64,000 nt of DNA from Nitrososphaeria archaeon (GCA_029775855.1 JARVJZ010000001.1:256001-320000), one strand, 5' to 3'; numbered from the stretch's first letter, positions 9,512-20,197 are shown. Numbers and translations: made by a program. The notes: a model not told the origin generated them from the letters alone.

Positions 9512-10360
9512 CTAAAGGCGTCTTCCAGATATGAGTTCGTAGGCTGTTATGTATCTTCTTAAGGTTTCTTCTACAAGGTCTGGAGGCAGATTTGGTGGTG
9601 TAGGTGGCTGCAGACCAGCCTTCCTAGCCTCCTCTAACTTATCTCTAAATGAAACCTTAATCAGCCAGTCTCTAACGATCTGTTTATCGTAGCTCTTCTG
9701 CTCCTCTCCAACTTTATACTCTGACTTTAGCCAAAGTCTAAATTCGTCTGGACCGAGTGAGTCTGCGAGTATGATCTTGCCTTCTTTATCTCTTCCGAAC
9801 TCAAACTTTACATCAGCGATTATAAAGCCAGCTCTTTCGGCTTGCTTCTTCATCTCAGTGTAGAGTTTGATTGAGTTTTCTTCGAGTTGGTTGTATTCCT
9901 CTGCTGTTAGAAGGCCTTGTGCAACCGCATCTACTTTAGTTATGGGTAGGTCTTTGGTTTCAGACTTTGTCGTTGGGTCGAAGACTGGTTCGGGTAGTTC
10001 TTCTGCAAGCTTCAGATCTTTATCTACCCTAATCAGACCCTTTTTTATTCGCTCGTAGTAGCTTCCGTAATTGTATCCTCTAACCACACACTCTAAAGGT
10101 ATCATATCTAGCTTCTTAGTAATCATTTTGTTTGGATGGATTATTTCGAGCATGTGGTTAGGGTAAGGTAGCACTCTGAACCAAAATTCGCTGAATCTGC
10201 ATAGCACCTCACCCTTTCTGGGTATGGGTGTGGGAAGCACCACATCAAACGCTGAAACTCTATCTGAGAAGACGAACATCAACCTATCTTCGCCATATTG
10301 GTAGACATCCTTAACTTTACCACTTTTTATGAACCTTAAGTTTGATGATGGTGCAGCCAT
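9512..10360 (-). CDS. purC: SAICAR synthetase
   Basis: SGKVKDVY, DRVSAFD, ECVVRGY, DVKFEFG, SYDKQ. Confidence 0.95.
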   Translation of the reverse strand: MAAPSSNLRFIKSGKVKDVYQYGEDRLMFVFSDRVSAFDVVLPTPIPRKGEVLCRFSEFWFRVLPYPNHMLEIIHPNKMITKKLDMIPLECVVRGYNYGSYYERIKKGLIRVDKDLKLAEELPEPVFDPTTKSETKDLPITKVDAVAQGLLTAEEYNQLEENSIKLYTEMKKQAERAGFIIADVKFEFGRDKEGKIILADSLGPDEFRLWLKSEYKVGEEQKSYDKQIVRDWLIKVSFRDKLEEARKAGLQPPTPPNLPPDLVEETLRRYITAYELISGRRL

Positions 10361-10800
10361 TAAAGCTTCCCTCTTCTGTAAAGCATAACCTTCTCCTGTA
10401 TGCTTGGATCCTTTAACCCTAAGATCTCAGCTGCAAGCAGAGCCCCATTCTCTGGGTTATCAACCCCTACACATGCTACTGGCACTCCTCTGGGCATCTG
10501 AACGATGGAGAGCAGTGAATCAAGACCAGCAAGTGCTTTATTAATTGGGACACCTATTACAGGCTTAACGGTTCTTGATGCTATGTAGCCTGGCAAGTGA
10601 GCTGATAATCCAGCGATGGCTACGAACACCTCAGCCTTAGAGTTTGAGATGTATATGTCTAAATCCTCGGGGTTTCTGTGCGCTGATAAATAGGCTACAT
10701 CATACTTTAGGTTTAGCTTACTTAGAACATCCTCTGCTCTCTTGACATATTCAGCATCACTTTTAGAGCCTGCGATGATGCAGATGGGTGCTTCACCCAT
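10360..10800 (-). CDS. purE: N5-CAIR mutase / AIR carboxylase
   Basis: GSKSD, SAHRNP, AGLSAHLPG, PVIGVP, QMPRGVPVA. Confidence 0.95.
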   Translation of the reverse strand: MGEAPICIIAGSKSDAEYVKRAEDVLSKLNLKYDVAYLSAHRNPEDLDIYISNSKAEVFVAIAGLSAHLPGYIASRTVKPVIGVPINKALAGLDSLLSIVQMPRGVPVACVGVDNPENGALLAAEILGLKDPSIQEKVMLYRRGKL

Positions 10801-10873
10801 ACAAGGAATGTCTTAGACTCTGTTTAAAAAATGTTTGCAATCCTTAAATTGCACTTTCTAACCTAAATTCAGT

Positions 10874-11338
10874 ATGCAATCTATAGGTCCTGAGGTTTAC
10901 AGATGTGAAGCATCTATAAGCTGGGACGGAAAGACTGGGGGTTCTGTTAAGAGTAGGAGGTTTGAGTTGCTCTTTGATATGCCTGAGGAGTTTGGGGGCT
11001 TGGGCAGAAGTTTCTGCCCAGATGAGCTCTTTTTATCTGCTGTTGGCTGCTGCTTGATAACCACCTTCCTAAGTTTTAAGAGACGATTTAACCTTACTAT
11101 AAATAGGTTGAACGCGAAGGTAGAAGGCGAAATTAAGCTCTTGGGCAGCGAAGGCTACCGTATAAAATCCATAAAAGTCAAGTTGGAAGCATCGGCATCT
11201 GAAGATGAGGTTAATAGGGTTAGAAGATACCTTGAGCTCGCAAAAGAATACTGCCACATCACACGCTCAATAGAAGGATGCATACCGATAGATGTCCAGA
11301 TAGAAGTCTCAAGCGAACAGACGCCTAAGAAAGATTAA
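10874..11338 (+). CDS. OsmC/Ohr family protein
   Basis: P.EFGG, PDELFLSAVGCC, second Cys in EYCHITRSI. Confidence 0.85.
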   Translation: MQSIGPEVYRCEASISWDGKTGGSVKSRRFELLFDMPEEFGGLGRSFCPDELFLSAVGCCLITTFLSFKRRFNLTINRLNAKVEGEIKLLGSEGYRIKSIKVKLEASASEDEVNRVRRYLELAKEYCHITRSIEGCIPIDVQIEVSSEQTPKKD

Positions 11339-12163
11339 TCCAGCCTCAGCCAACCGATCTTGTGAATCAGACTTAGGAGACCAAATACGCATAGCAGCTG
11401 CGAAAGCCTGATCCTTTGGAGTAAACGATTCTATCACACACATCCCATTGTAGCCTATGCCCTTTACAGCATCAGCAACCTCCCTCCAGTTTACTGTACC
11501 TGTGCCCGGTGCACCTCGATTTGACTCTGAGGTGTGTAAGTGGTATAATTTTTTACCAGCAGATCTTATGGCTTCGCCTAGACTTCTCTCCTCTATATTC
11601 ATGTGGAACGTGTCAAGTAGTAGCCCCACGTTTTCTTCTCCTATCTTATTCACAAGGTTTAGCCCGTCTGATGCTGTGTTAATCAGAGTTATATCGTATC
11701 TGTTGAGGGGTTCAAGTGCCACTTTCACTCCTAAATCTTTAGCCTTCTTCACAACCGGCTTTAACGCTTCAGTGGCAGATGCGATAAGCTCAATCTTCTC
11801 TTCATTGGTTAAGAATCTTAGATCGCCTACAGCTGCATAAATAGGGCCTGCGACCACCTCAGCTCCAAGTTTTGAAGCGGCTTCAACAACATACTCAAGA
11901 TACCTTAAAGCGTTGACCTTTACACTTTGATCTACACTCAGAGGGTTTGTATGTGGGAAGCAACCTGCTGTTACAGCAACACTTAGATTGGTTGTAGTTA
12001 GGTGTTGCTTAACACATTCGATTGGGAAGTTGGTGTCTAAGATTGGTAGTTCAACAGCATCGAAACCCATCTTGCTTATCTTCTCTATTAGGCTTGCATT
12101 CTCTACAGATACTGCTGGTTCCCATATCCAGAAGTGTGCGCCTATCCTCATATCCAAAAGCAT
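11309..12163 (-). CDS. D-tagatose/D-psicose 3-epimerase family sugar epimerase
   Basis: EPLNRYD, LDTFHMNIEE, HTSESNRGAPG, IESF. Confidence 0.85.
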   Translation of the reverse strand: MLLDMRIGAHFWIWEPAVSVENASLIEKISKMGFDAVELPILDTNFPIECVKQHLTTTNLSVAVTAGCFPHTNPLSVDQSVKVNALRYLEYVVEAASKLGAEVVAGPIYAAVGDLRFLTNEEKIELIASATEALKPVVKKAKDLGVKVALEPLNRYDITLINTASDGLNLVNKIGEENVGLLLDTFHMNIEERSLGEAIRSAGKKLYHLHTSESNRGAPGTGTVNWREVADAVKGIGYNGMCVIESFTPKDQAFAAAMRIWSPKSDSQDRLAEAGLIFLRRLFA

Positions 12164-12285
12164 TTACCATATGTTCTAAATAAGCATTTTATAACTTACT
12201 AAACATATATATCGTAAGATTTATATCTGAAATCTGCCTACTTATACCCAAGCTTCCAGTATAAATATTATATTATGAAGGTGGG

Positions 12286-13782
12286 TTGGGTTTGAATGGC
12301 GTCGAGTACATAAATAGAGCTTTAAACCTTTCATCACTTGGAATATATATTCACGCAATCACGATAGCTATAGTGTTAGGCTTCTCCTTAGCACTACTCA
12401 TATTAGAGTTAATAGGTATAAGGCGAAAAGACGCCCTTCTCTTAAAAGCCGCTAAAACAATATCCTTGGTTATTCTCATCGTCTTCGTCTACGGAGCAGC
12501 CACTGGCACACTTGTCGAATTTGGGCTACTACAAGTTTGGAGTGGTGTGCTTTTGGTGGCTGGGAGCTTTGCCTTCATACCCTTCTACCTCGAGCTCATA
12601 GCATTCGTTTTAGAGGCTGCTACACTTATAGCCCTCTACTACACCTGGGGTAAGTTTCGCAACCCTTGGTCCCATTGGATGTTAACACTCACATACACCT
12701 TCGCAGCCTTCCTCTCAGGAGCTCTTATAACATCTGTTAACTCTTGGATGCAAGCACCTTGGGGTGTTGGAGATGTTGTTAAAATGATCTATCCTTGGGC
12801 ACCTACTTATGGTCCTCTGGTTGTTAATGTCGATTTCCTCATAAGTTTGAAGGATGCTTTAGTTTCAGCAAGTGGTAGTGTAGGCGGAGGAGTTGCGTTG
12901 GTAAATCCAGAGATTCTAAGCACATTATCCGCTAAATTCGGTGAGCTACTTAACGACCCTTGGATAGCTTTGAAGAGCCCCTACTCTAATCAAAGCATAC
13001 TTCACCAGCTTTTAGCATCATCTTCAGTAGGCGTATTCTGGGCTGCTTCAGGCTTCGCTCTTCTAATACTTAGAAAAAAGGGAGAGAGCGAATACTACTT
13101 CAAGGCTGTAAAGACGCTTGCTGCCATAGGTGCGGTTCTGGTCTTGGCTCAAGGAGCAACAGCCCATTGGATGGGTGCCGTTGTGTATGAATATCAACCA
13201 ACAAAATTTGCTTTAATAGCTGGCTTAGATGTCTCAAAACCAGATCCAATAGTTGGGCTTACAATGTTTGGTGACCCAAATTACATCTTTGACGGCTTTG
13301 ATAAATTAGTTGAAGCGGCTAAGAATCATCCTAACCCTAATCTTATTATAGGCGGTGTTTCTGCTGCTGAAATCGCAGTAGCTGATACTGTTGCAGCATC
13401 TAAAAACATGAATCTTGTTTACCCGATGTATACGACTAAGGTTGCTGTAGCTGGTTTAAGCCTACTTATTTCCCTTGCAATCCTTTCAATCTTCGTCTTC
13501 AGGAGATTCTGGGAGGGGAGAAGAAGTCTTCTAGTTTATCTGGCTTTGACTATGGGGTTGTTCACGCCGCTTATGTCTGGTTTAGGTTGGGCTGTAAGAG
13601 AGATCGGGAGAAAGCCTTGGACAGTATATGGACTCGTCTATCCTCATGAGATCATTACACCACTAGGAGGCTCAACATGGGTTGCTACCGTTGTCATAGG
13701 AGGCTTAGTTGTTGGCTTCATATTGATGTGCTTAACGATCTACCTAGCCTTAACTAGGAGGTTAAAGATAGGAGGTAAATAA
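12286..13782 (+). CDS. cydA: cytochrome bd-type quinol oxidase subunit I (CydA)
   Basis: N-terminal heme His (YIHAI), NSWMQAP, LHQ, QPTKFA, GWAVREIGRKPWTVYG. Confidence 0.9.
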   Translation: MGLNGVEYINRALNLSSLGIYIHAITIAIVLGFSLALLILELIGIRRKDALLLKAAKTISLVILIVFVYGAATGTLVEFGLLQVWSGVLLVAGSFAFIPFYLELIAFVLEAATLIALYYTWGKFRNPWSHWMLTLTYTFAAFLSGALITSVNSWMQAPWGVGDVVKMIYPWAPTYGPLVVNVDFLISLKDALVSASGSVGGGVALVNPEILSTLSAKFGELLNDPWIALKSPYSNQSILHQLLASSSVGVFWAASGFALLILRKKGESEYYFKAVKTLAAIGAVLVLAQGATAHWMGAVVYEYQPTKFALIAGLDVSKPDPIVGLTMFGDPNYIFDGFDKLVEAAKNHPNPNLIIGGVSAAEIAVADTVAASKNMNLVYPMYTTKVAVAGLSLLISLAILSIFVFRRFWEGRRSLLVYLALTMGLFTPLMSGLGWAVREIGRKPWTVYGLVYPHEIITPLGGSTWVATVVIGGLVVGFILMCLTIYLALTRRLKIGGK

Positions 13783-13783
13783 G

Positions 13784-14893
13784 ATGGACCCGCTACCCGC
13801 GCTACTGGTTTTAGCTTTCGTGTTGTTGGTGCACCTAACATTTGTAAACATAAACATAGGCTTAGGCTTCCTTAGCGTTGCAGCAAGATGGAGATCTAAA
13901 AGCGACCCAAAGGCTGAAGAATTATCAAAGCACTCGGTTAAATTTGTCGCAGCGAACGAAGTGGTCTCAGGAGTCTACGGCACACTCATCACTGTAATCC
14001 TATTCGGATTCTGGACAGGTTTTGTCAACGTTGTGGTGCAGGTACTCTTCTTCGCTTTACTTATCAGCGTGATAGCTATAATCATTAGGTTGACATCCAT
14101 CGCGGCATACTGGTATACTTGGGGCAGAATCGGGGTTAATGCACACCTTATTATAGGCTTGATCATGGCTATTTCTGGTCTCTTCATACCAGCAGGCTTC
14201 AGATACATCTTCGCATTCATGAATAACCCTGCTGGACTTATGCGTATATCTCCTTTGGAGGGGGATGTGGCTGCTGCTCTCTCTAACCCCCTTTATCCGC
14301 CACTGCTACTACATACTTGGGTCGGCGCTCTGTCAATAGGCTTCTTAGCTGCTGCCACTGGATTCGCTTGGGCTTCTAAGCGCAGCGAGTATCTCAGAGG
14401 CTGGGCTGCTAAAACAGCTCTAGTCGGGGCGCTTCTAATAATTCCACAGGGAATTGTGGGCTTCTGGTATTGGTCAAGCCTCAGCAGCCACTCACCAATC
14501 TTGTTCAACGCGCTCAACATTGGGTTGATAAGCGGAGTTTCTGCGCAGACGAATGTCTCACACTCTTTTCTCGCGATGGTTTTGATCGGCCTTTACTTAC
14601 TAACAGCTGGTCTCATCTACTATGCTGAGCCAAGTAGGATACGGTTAGCCTACACACTAGCACCTTTATCCATACTATCACTATACTTCGGTGAAATAAC
14701 TCAAAACTGGGGTAGGATGCCCTATCTCATATTGCAAGGAGACACAGGTTTAGATGTGAATCTTTTCGTGAATAAGTTGGTGTATATAGATGCAGCGACT
14801 ATAATGATAGCCATAGCACCTATTGCTGTGATAACTATAGGGTTTGTTGCTCTCCTCTACCACTACCTAGTTAAAGGCTTCATGGAGAGTTAA
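13784..14893 (+). CDS. CydA-homologous second subunit (CydA') of archaeal cydAA' oxidase
   Basis: Polytopic, VHLTFVN, FMNNPAG, LLHTW, WGRMPY echo CydA motifs; follows cydA directly. Confidence 0.8.
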   Translation: MDPLPALLVLAFVLLVHLTFVNINIGLGFLSVAARWRSKSDPKAEELSKHSVKFVAANEVVSGVYGTLITVILFGFWTGFVNVVVQVLFFALLISVIAIIIRLTSIAAYWYTWGRIGVNAHLIIGLIMAISGLFIPAGFRYIFAFMNNPAGLMRISPLEGDVAAALSNPLYPPLLLHTWVGALSIGFLAAATGFAWASKRSEYLRGWAAKTALVGALLIIPQGIVGFWYWSSLSSHSPILFNALNIGLISGVSAQTNVSHSFLAMVLIGLYLLTAGLIYYAEPSRIRLAYTLAPLSILSLYFGEITQNWGRMPYLILQGDTGLDVNLFVNKLVYIDAATIMIAIAPIAVITIGFVALLYHYLVKGFMES

Positions 14894-14896
14894 AGT

Positions 14897-15658
14897 GTGT
14901 ATTTAGCTGAGAGTCTGCTACTAGGTTTCATCCAAGGCTTAACCGAGTGGCTACCTATATCGAGCTCAGGACACTTAGCAGTTGTGGAGACCATATTTGG
15001 TGTTGAGGAGCCGCTGCTCTTTAATGTTGCTTTACACACAGCTACATTGATAGTTCTAATTGTATACTTTAGAAGAGATCTTGTTCAGTTGGCTTTAGCC
15101 GCTATTTCACTCGATTTTAGTTCAAAGCAGGGGAAGCTCATACCGAGTCTAGTAGCAGGAACTATACCAACAGCTATAGTAGGTCTGATACTCTATGAGC
15201 ACTACACCACACTATTTAACTTTGAACTTTTAGGGTTTAGCTTCTCTGCATCTGGGATGCTCGTTTTAGCCTCAAAAATTAGAGAAGGATACAATCCTGT
15301 ATCAACTAAAACAGCTTTGTTGATAGGTTTAGCTCAAGCGTTATCAATAGCCCCTGGGTTTTCAAGAAGTGGGTTAACGATAAGTATAGCGCTCTTGGCT
15401 GGTGTTGAGCGTGATGAAGCCTTTAGGTTCTCTTTTCTACTATCTATACCGGCTGTGCTAGGCGCATTAACAATCACTTTAATGAAGAGCGCATTTGACT
15501 CAACTATTCTCCCCCATATTTTATTAGGCGTGGTTTCTGCTGCATTAGTTGGGTATCTATCGCTTGCCACGCTACGAAAGCTGCTGATGAGAGGCTTCTT
15601 TCACTGGCTAGGAATATACACTATAGCCCTAGGGTTGACATTACTTTTCGTCTTCTAG
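14897..15658 (+). CDS. uppP: undecaprenyl/dolichyl-diphosphate phosphatase (BacA family)
   Basis: QGLTEWLPISSSGHL, PGFSRSG, FSFLLSIP. Confidence 0.93.
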   Translation: MYLAESLLLGFIQGLTEWLPISSSGHLAVVETIFGVEEPLLFNVALHTATLIVLIVYFRRDLVQLALAAISLDFSSKQGKLIPSLVAGTIPTAIVGLILYEHYTTLFNFELLGFSFSASGMLVLASKIREGYNPVSTKTALLIGLAQALSIAPGFSRSGLTISIALLAGVERDEAFRFSFLLSIPAVLGALTITLMKSAFDSTILPHILLGVVSAALVGYLSLATLRKLLMRGFFHWLGIYTIALGLTLLFVF

Positions 15659-15970
15659 TTGAACAAAGATTATACCTTCTTCAACTTTAACCGGATACCT
15701 CTTTAAACCTCGTGTATCTGAGTCAACAGGCTTCGCTAACACGCTACCATCTTCGATGTTGAATTCTGCGTAATGGAAGCCGCAGCGTAAGACCTTACCT
15801 GAAAGAGAGCCGAATCTAAGAGGGTAGCCCATATGAGGGCAGCTGGCTTCAAGAGCGTAAAGCTGGTCTTGAGTGTTAATTAAGAGAATCTTGTCCCTCT
15901 CTACCTGAAACTCCTTTATTGAATTAGGTTGAATATCTTTAAACTCAGCGACCTTACACCAACGGCACAT
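15641..15970 (-). CDS. soluble Rieske [2Fe-2S] ferredoxin
   Basis: CPHMG...CGFH, no TM segment. Confidence 0.88.
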   Translation of the reverse strand: MCRWCKVAEFKDIQPNSIKEFQVERDKILLINTQDQLYALEASCPHMGYPLRFGSLSGKVLRCGFHYAEFNIEDGSVLAKPVDSDTRGLKRYPVKVEEGIIFVQLEDEK

Positions 15971-16002
15971 ACCAAAAAATAGAGAGGAGGGTTTAAAAAG
16001 AT

Positions 16003-16587
16003 CTACTCAATATGCCTGAATCTCTGTGTATATGGGCCTTCTCCAGGCTTTCTTCTTCTGAAGTGGCCTGATGGGCGCCCCTCTAGTATCTCTTGGAACC
16101 AAGCTTCGTGCTCGACTTCCTCGTGTAGTATTGCTAGTGATATGTCATAGGTTCGGTGATCCTTACCGTATGTCATGTTGCATATTTCAGTGTAAACTCT
16201 TACTGCGCATCTTTCTGCTTCAAGTAGAACTTTAAGTATCTCGGTTAGGTCTGAGGGGTCGCTGGGTAGGTAGGCTGCTGCGCACGCTGCATCGTCGTGC
16301 AGTTCCTTTAGATCTCGGTAGAGTTCTCCGCCTAGCTCATATATTCTGGGCACTAATGTCTCAAAGTGTAATCGATCTTCTAACCTAGCATCTTCAACTA
16401 TCTCTTTTATTCCCTCGCCTTCTAAACCTGAGCAGTGCATCCTCAATATTGTGTAATAGTAGTAGGTTGTAAACTCAGCTGCAGCAGCCCTCTTTAACTT
16501 CGTTATAAGAAGGTTTACATCTACACCAGCCTTCTCCACCATCTCTCTACCGACATTATTAGTAGTCTGAAATTTAGATATCTTCAT
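16003..16587 (-). CDS. DPS-like (DPSL/thioferritin) antioxidant protein
   Basis: [53 protein letters not shown]. Confidence 0.92.
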   Translation of the reverse strand: MKISKFQTTNNVGREMVEKAGVDVNLLITKLKRAAAAEFTTYYYYTILRMHCSGLEGEGIKEIVEDARLEDRLHFETLVPRIYELGGELYRDLKELHDDAACAAAYLPSDPSDLTEILKVLLEAERCAVRVYTEICNMTYGKDHRTYDISLAILHEEVEHEAWFQEILEGRPSGHFRRRKPGEGPYTQRFRHIE

Positions 16588-16643
16588 TTAATTAAATATT
16601 CGATTAAGCTCCTTATATGTCTTTTCGAATTACAAACACGTTA

Positions 16644-17300
16644 TTATGGTTGCTCTATGCTTGCTGACCAAATTTTACTAAACTCTTCTTCATAGAGTGA
16701 AGCCAACTTAGGGTCTCGGAGCACAATAAGGTTCTCACGATTGCTCTCCTCAGCAGCTCTAGACCAGTTGTAGCTTCCAGTAACCAAAACTAACCTATCA
16801 ATTATAGCAACTTTGTTATGCATTAGAGATGAGCGGGCATCCACTCTAACCTCTACACCAGCATCCTTCAACTTAACATATTCACTACCAGAAACATCTA
16901 CCTGCTGGTCGTCAAACACAACCTTCACATCCACACCCCTCTGCTTAGCCGTTATTAACGCAGCCGAGATAGCATCGCTTGTGAAGCTGTAAATCAAGAC
17001 GTGTATACTCTCATTCGCTCTATCTATCCAGGAAATCAGCAAAGAGGCGGCGCCACCTTTAGGTGAGAACCTTACATCCCAAGGTATGGTTGCGTTTACT
17101 GTGGATATTGTGGTTAAGGTTTCTGTTTTGGTTATAGTTGAAGTTATGGTTTCAGCTTTGGTTACTACTAAGGTGACTGGTTGGGTCAAGGTTATAGTAG
17201 AGGTTAAATCACTTACACTCCACACACAACCCACTACCACACCCCCAAGAAAAGCAACAAACAGCACTGAAGCCAGCTTAACCCTCAGCGGAATAGTCAT
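16644..17300 (-). CDS. membrane-anchored phospholipase D/Nuc-like nuclease
   Basis: N-terminal TM, Thr-rich linker, FSPKGG, single HKD (MHNKVAIID), TGSYNWS..A...N.EN; start taken at MTIPL. Confidence 0.85.
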   Translation of the reverse strand: MTIPLRVKLASVLFVAFLGGVVVGCVWSVSDLTSTITLTQPVTLVVTKAETITSTITKTETLTTISTVNATIPWDVRFSPKGGAASLLISWIDRANESIHVLIYSFTSDAISAALITAKQRGVDVKVVFDDQQVDVSGSEYVKLKDAGVEVRVDARSSLMHNKVAIIDRLVLVTGSYNWSRAAEESNRENLIVLRDPKLASLYEEEFSKIWSASIEQP

Positions 17301-17403
17301 ATAAAACAAGAAAAGCCCTTTTTGAGATTTAAGCTTATCCTGGGAGTGCACCGCTATACAGCAAAGCAAGCTTTAAACCACTGTGGGTGAGAGTGGTTTA
17401 TGC

Positions 17404-18456
17404 TTGGACCTCGAAGAGCGCATCAGCTTGGTGTTAAAAGAGCCGACACAAGAAGTGGTGACCAAAGGTGAACTAAAGCAGCTGCTTCAAACAGTTGAGC
17501 ACCCTAAGCATTACATAGGGCTTGAAATATCGGGTCCACTACACATAGGCAGCCTTGTGGTTGTAGGATATAAGATTAGAGACTTCTTGAAAGCGGGAAT
17601 AAGATGCCTCGTCTTCTTAGCGGATTGGCACAGCTACCTTAACAACAAGTTTAATGGAGACTGGAGTAAAATACGCGCAGCATCCAAATACTACGATGAG
17701 GCATTCAAGTTCTTCTGCCCAGGTGTTAACACGCTACTAGGCTCTGACCTCTACAAGAATACACCAGACTACTGGGAGAATTATGTTCGTTTCAGCAAGC
17801 AGATAACCTTAGCAAGAAATATAAGGTGTCTAACCATCATGGGTAGGAGCAAGAAAGAGAAACTTGACTTCGGGCAGTACCTATACCCACCTATGCAGGC
17901 TGTAGACATTAAAGCAATGGATCTAGATATTGTGCACGCGGGGATGGATCAACGTAAAGTTCACATGCTTGTAAGAGAAGTCTTCCCTAAACTAGGTTGG
18001 AAGAAGCCTGTGGCTGTGCACCACACAATATTATCCAGCTTATCTGGTCCTGAGATGAAGATGAGTAAGTCTAAGCCTTGGACAGCAATATTCATCCACG
18101 ATAATGAAGATGAAATTAAGGAGAAGTTGATGAAGGCTTGGTGTCCGCCTAAAGTTGCTACACAGAACCCAGTGCTCGACATAGTTAGATACATAATATT
18201 CCACGAAGCCGATACCTTTGAGATAGATAGGCCTGCTAAATATGGTGGAAGGATAACCTTCAGCAGCTACAGCGAATTAGAGGAAGCCTATGTTAAAGGT
18301 GAGGTGCATCCAGCAGATCTAAAATTAGCGGTGGCAGAGGCGTTGAACAAAGTAATCGAGCCCATAAGAAGACACTTTGAAGATAAACAAGAACTGCTTG
18401 AAGTGTTTAAAGAGGAAAAGATAGATGATTCCAATAAACAGACCTATACTCGATAA
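17404..18456 (+). CDS. tyrS: tyrosyl-tRNA synthetase (archaeal type)
   Basis: YIGLEISGPLHIGS, LADWH, YPPMQAVD, GMDQRKVH, KMSKS, HPADLK. Confidence 0.95.
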   Translation: MDLEERISLVLKEPTQEVVTKGELKQLLQTVEHPKHYIGLEISGPLHIGSLVVVGYKIRDFLKAGIRCLVFLADWHSYLNNKFNGDWSKIRAASKYYDEAFKFFCPGVNTLLGSDLYKNTPDYWENYVRFSKQITLARNIRCLTIMGRSKKEKLDFGQYLYPPMQAVDIKAMDLDIVHAGMDQRKVHMLVREVFPKLGWKKPVAVHHTILSSLSGPEMKMSKSKPWTAIFIHDNEDEIKEKLMKAWCPPKVATQNPVLDIVRYIIFHEADTFEIDRPAKYGGRITFSSYSELEEAYVKGEVHPADLKLAVAEALNKVIEPIRRHFEDKQELLEVFKEEKIDDSNKQTYTR

Positions 18457-19519
18457 AAAAGAAGAGGAAGCGGTCCTAAATACTCTAAGAAGCGGCGAAC
18501 TAACAAACCCAACATACCAAGGAGGGAAGAATGTAGCGTTTGCTGAAAGAGCCCTAGCTGAGTATCTTGGCGTCAAGCACGTCGTCCTTGTGAACTCAGG
18601 GACTGCGGCGCTACAAGCCGCGCTTTTAGCGCTTGATATAGGCGAAGGGGATGAGGTGCTCTTACCCTCGTTTACCTTTGTAGCTACTGCAAACGCCGTT
18701 CTTTCGGTAAACGCTAAACCTATATTTGTTGACATTCGGTTAGATGACTACTGTATAGATCCAGAGGATTTAGAGCGTAAGATTACCAAAAGATGTAAGG
18801 CTGTTATACCTGTCCACCTTTACGGCTACCCTGCAAACATGCAAAGGATCTTGGAGGTGGCGAGTAAGCACAACCTTTTCATAATAGAGGACGCTGCTCA
18901 GTCTCTTGGCGCGACCTACAGATCTAAACAGACTGGTTCATTTGGAGATTTGGGGTGCTTTAGCTTCTACCCCTCTAAGGTTATAACGTGCGGTGAAGGG
19001 GGCGCAGTAGCAACAAACAGTGATGAGTTGGCTAATAGACTTAGAATGCTTAGAAACCACGGTTTTGATGCAGGAGGATTGGTTAAGAGGATGGGGTTAA
19101 ATCTGAGGCTAAATGAGGTTTCAGCAGCAATCTTGTCTTCACAGCTTAAAAAACTCAACTACTTCCTTGAACAGAGAAGGAAGAATGCTGAAGAGCTGAG
19201 CAGAATGCTTGATGGCTGTGGAGCTGTATTGCCTTCAGAGCTTGAGGGAAGAAGGTCTAACTGGTATCTTTACACGATAAGAGTTATGAGTAGAGATAAA
19301 GTGTTAGAGCGTCTACATAAATCTGAGGTTGGCGCAGCAATATACTATAAGACACCTATACACCTATACCCCCACTATCATAGTCTATTAGGTGATGTAA
19401 AGCTACCAAACACAGAGCAAGCAGCCGCTGAAGTGCTCTCTCTACCCGTACACCCAGCGCTCACAAAAGCTGAGTTGAGGCATATCGCAGCAGCTGTGAA
19501 GTCAGCCCTTTCCAAGTAA
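18425..19519 (+). CDS. DegT/DnrJ/EryC1/StrS PLP-dependent aminotransferase
   Basis: NSGTAAL, PVHLYG, IEDAAQSLG, SFYPSKVIT.GEGG. Confidence 0.92.
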   Translation: MIPINRPILDKKEEEAVLNTLRSGELTNPTYQGGKNVAFAERALAEYLGVKHVVLVNSGTAALQAALLALDIGEGDEVLLPSFTFVATANAVLSVNAKPIFVDIRLDDYCIDPEDLERKITKRCKAVIPVHLYGYPANMQRILEVASKHNLFIIEDAAQSLGATYRSKQTGSFGDLGCFSFYPSKVITCGEGGAVATNSDELANRLRMLRNHGFDAGGLVKRMGLNLRLNEVSAAILSSQLKKLNYFLEQRRKNAEELSRMLDGCGAVLPSELEGRRSNWYLYTIRVMSRDKVLERLHKSEVGAAIYYKTPIHLYPHYHSLLGDVKLPNTEQAAAEVLSLPVHPALTKAELRHIAAAVKSALSK

Positions 19520-20197
19520 GTCCTTTAGAAGCCTAAGGTAGTTTAAGATCTCCTTCTGTCCAAGCTTACTCTCACCTCTTAGCCTACGCCTAAAGATCAT
19601 AGGCACCTCTTTGACAACAGTTAACTTTGCTTTCGCTAAGATCGAGAGGAGGATCTTATATCCCATATTAGAATCCAGATGCAATCCTTCAAGAACACTT
19701 CGCTTCAAAGCAAAGTATCCAGACATAGGATCCTTAACAACTCTTGACCTGGGGATTAGAAGATGCGCTAAAATTGTAGCACACCTTGAGATAAAATATC
19801 TGAAGATGGACCATCCAACAACTCCTCCGCCACGCACATACCTACTCGCTACTACAAGGTCAGCACCAGAGTCAAGAAGGTTAACCATAGACGGAAGGAG
19901 ATTGGGTGGATGTTGAAGGTCTGCATCCATAACCGCCACATAAGGTGCTGAAGCCTTCTGAAGCCCGTCTAAGACTGCTGAGGCAAGCCCTAACTTTTTG
20001 GGTCTGTGAACGACTTTAATCAAGGGATCTGTTGATGCTAATCTCTCTGCAAGTTCACCTGTGCCGTCTGGGCTGTTATCATCCACAACTACACATTCAA
20101 CCTCTATGGGTAGTTGTCTGATTTGCTTAATTATCACGGGTAGGTTGGCACGCTCGTTATATGTTGGTAGTATCACAGAGATCCTTGCCTTAACCAA
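19502..20197 (-). CDS. GT2 dolichol-phosphate mannosyltransferase-like glycosyltransferase
   Basis: LPTYNE, VDDNSPDGT, MDADLQHPP, DPMSGYF, GESKL. Confidence 0.9.
   Translation of the reverse strand: MVKARISVILPTYNERANLPVIIKQIRQLPIEVECVVVDDNSPDGTGELAERLASTDPLIKVVHRPKKLGLASAVLDGLQKASAPYVAVMDADLQHPPNLLPSMVNLLDSGADLVVASRYVRGGGVVGWSIFRYFISRCATILAHLLIPRSRVVKDPMSGYFALKRSVLEGLHLDSNMGYKILLSILAKAKLTVVKEVPMIFRRRLRGESKLGQKEILNYLRLLKDLLGKG

Noticed and set aside
16644-17300. PLD nuclease as a defence component (DISARM DrmC-like) acting with the DUF1998 helicase and MTase
   Set aside because: It is membrane-anchored with a Thr-rich stalk, lies ~8 kb from the MTase and ~43 kb from the helicase, and housekeeping genes intervene.
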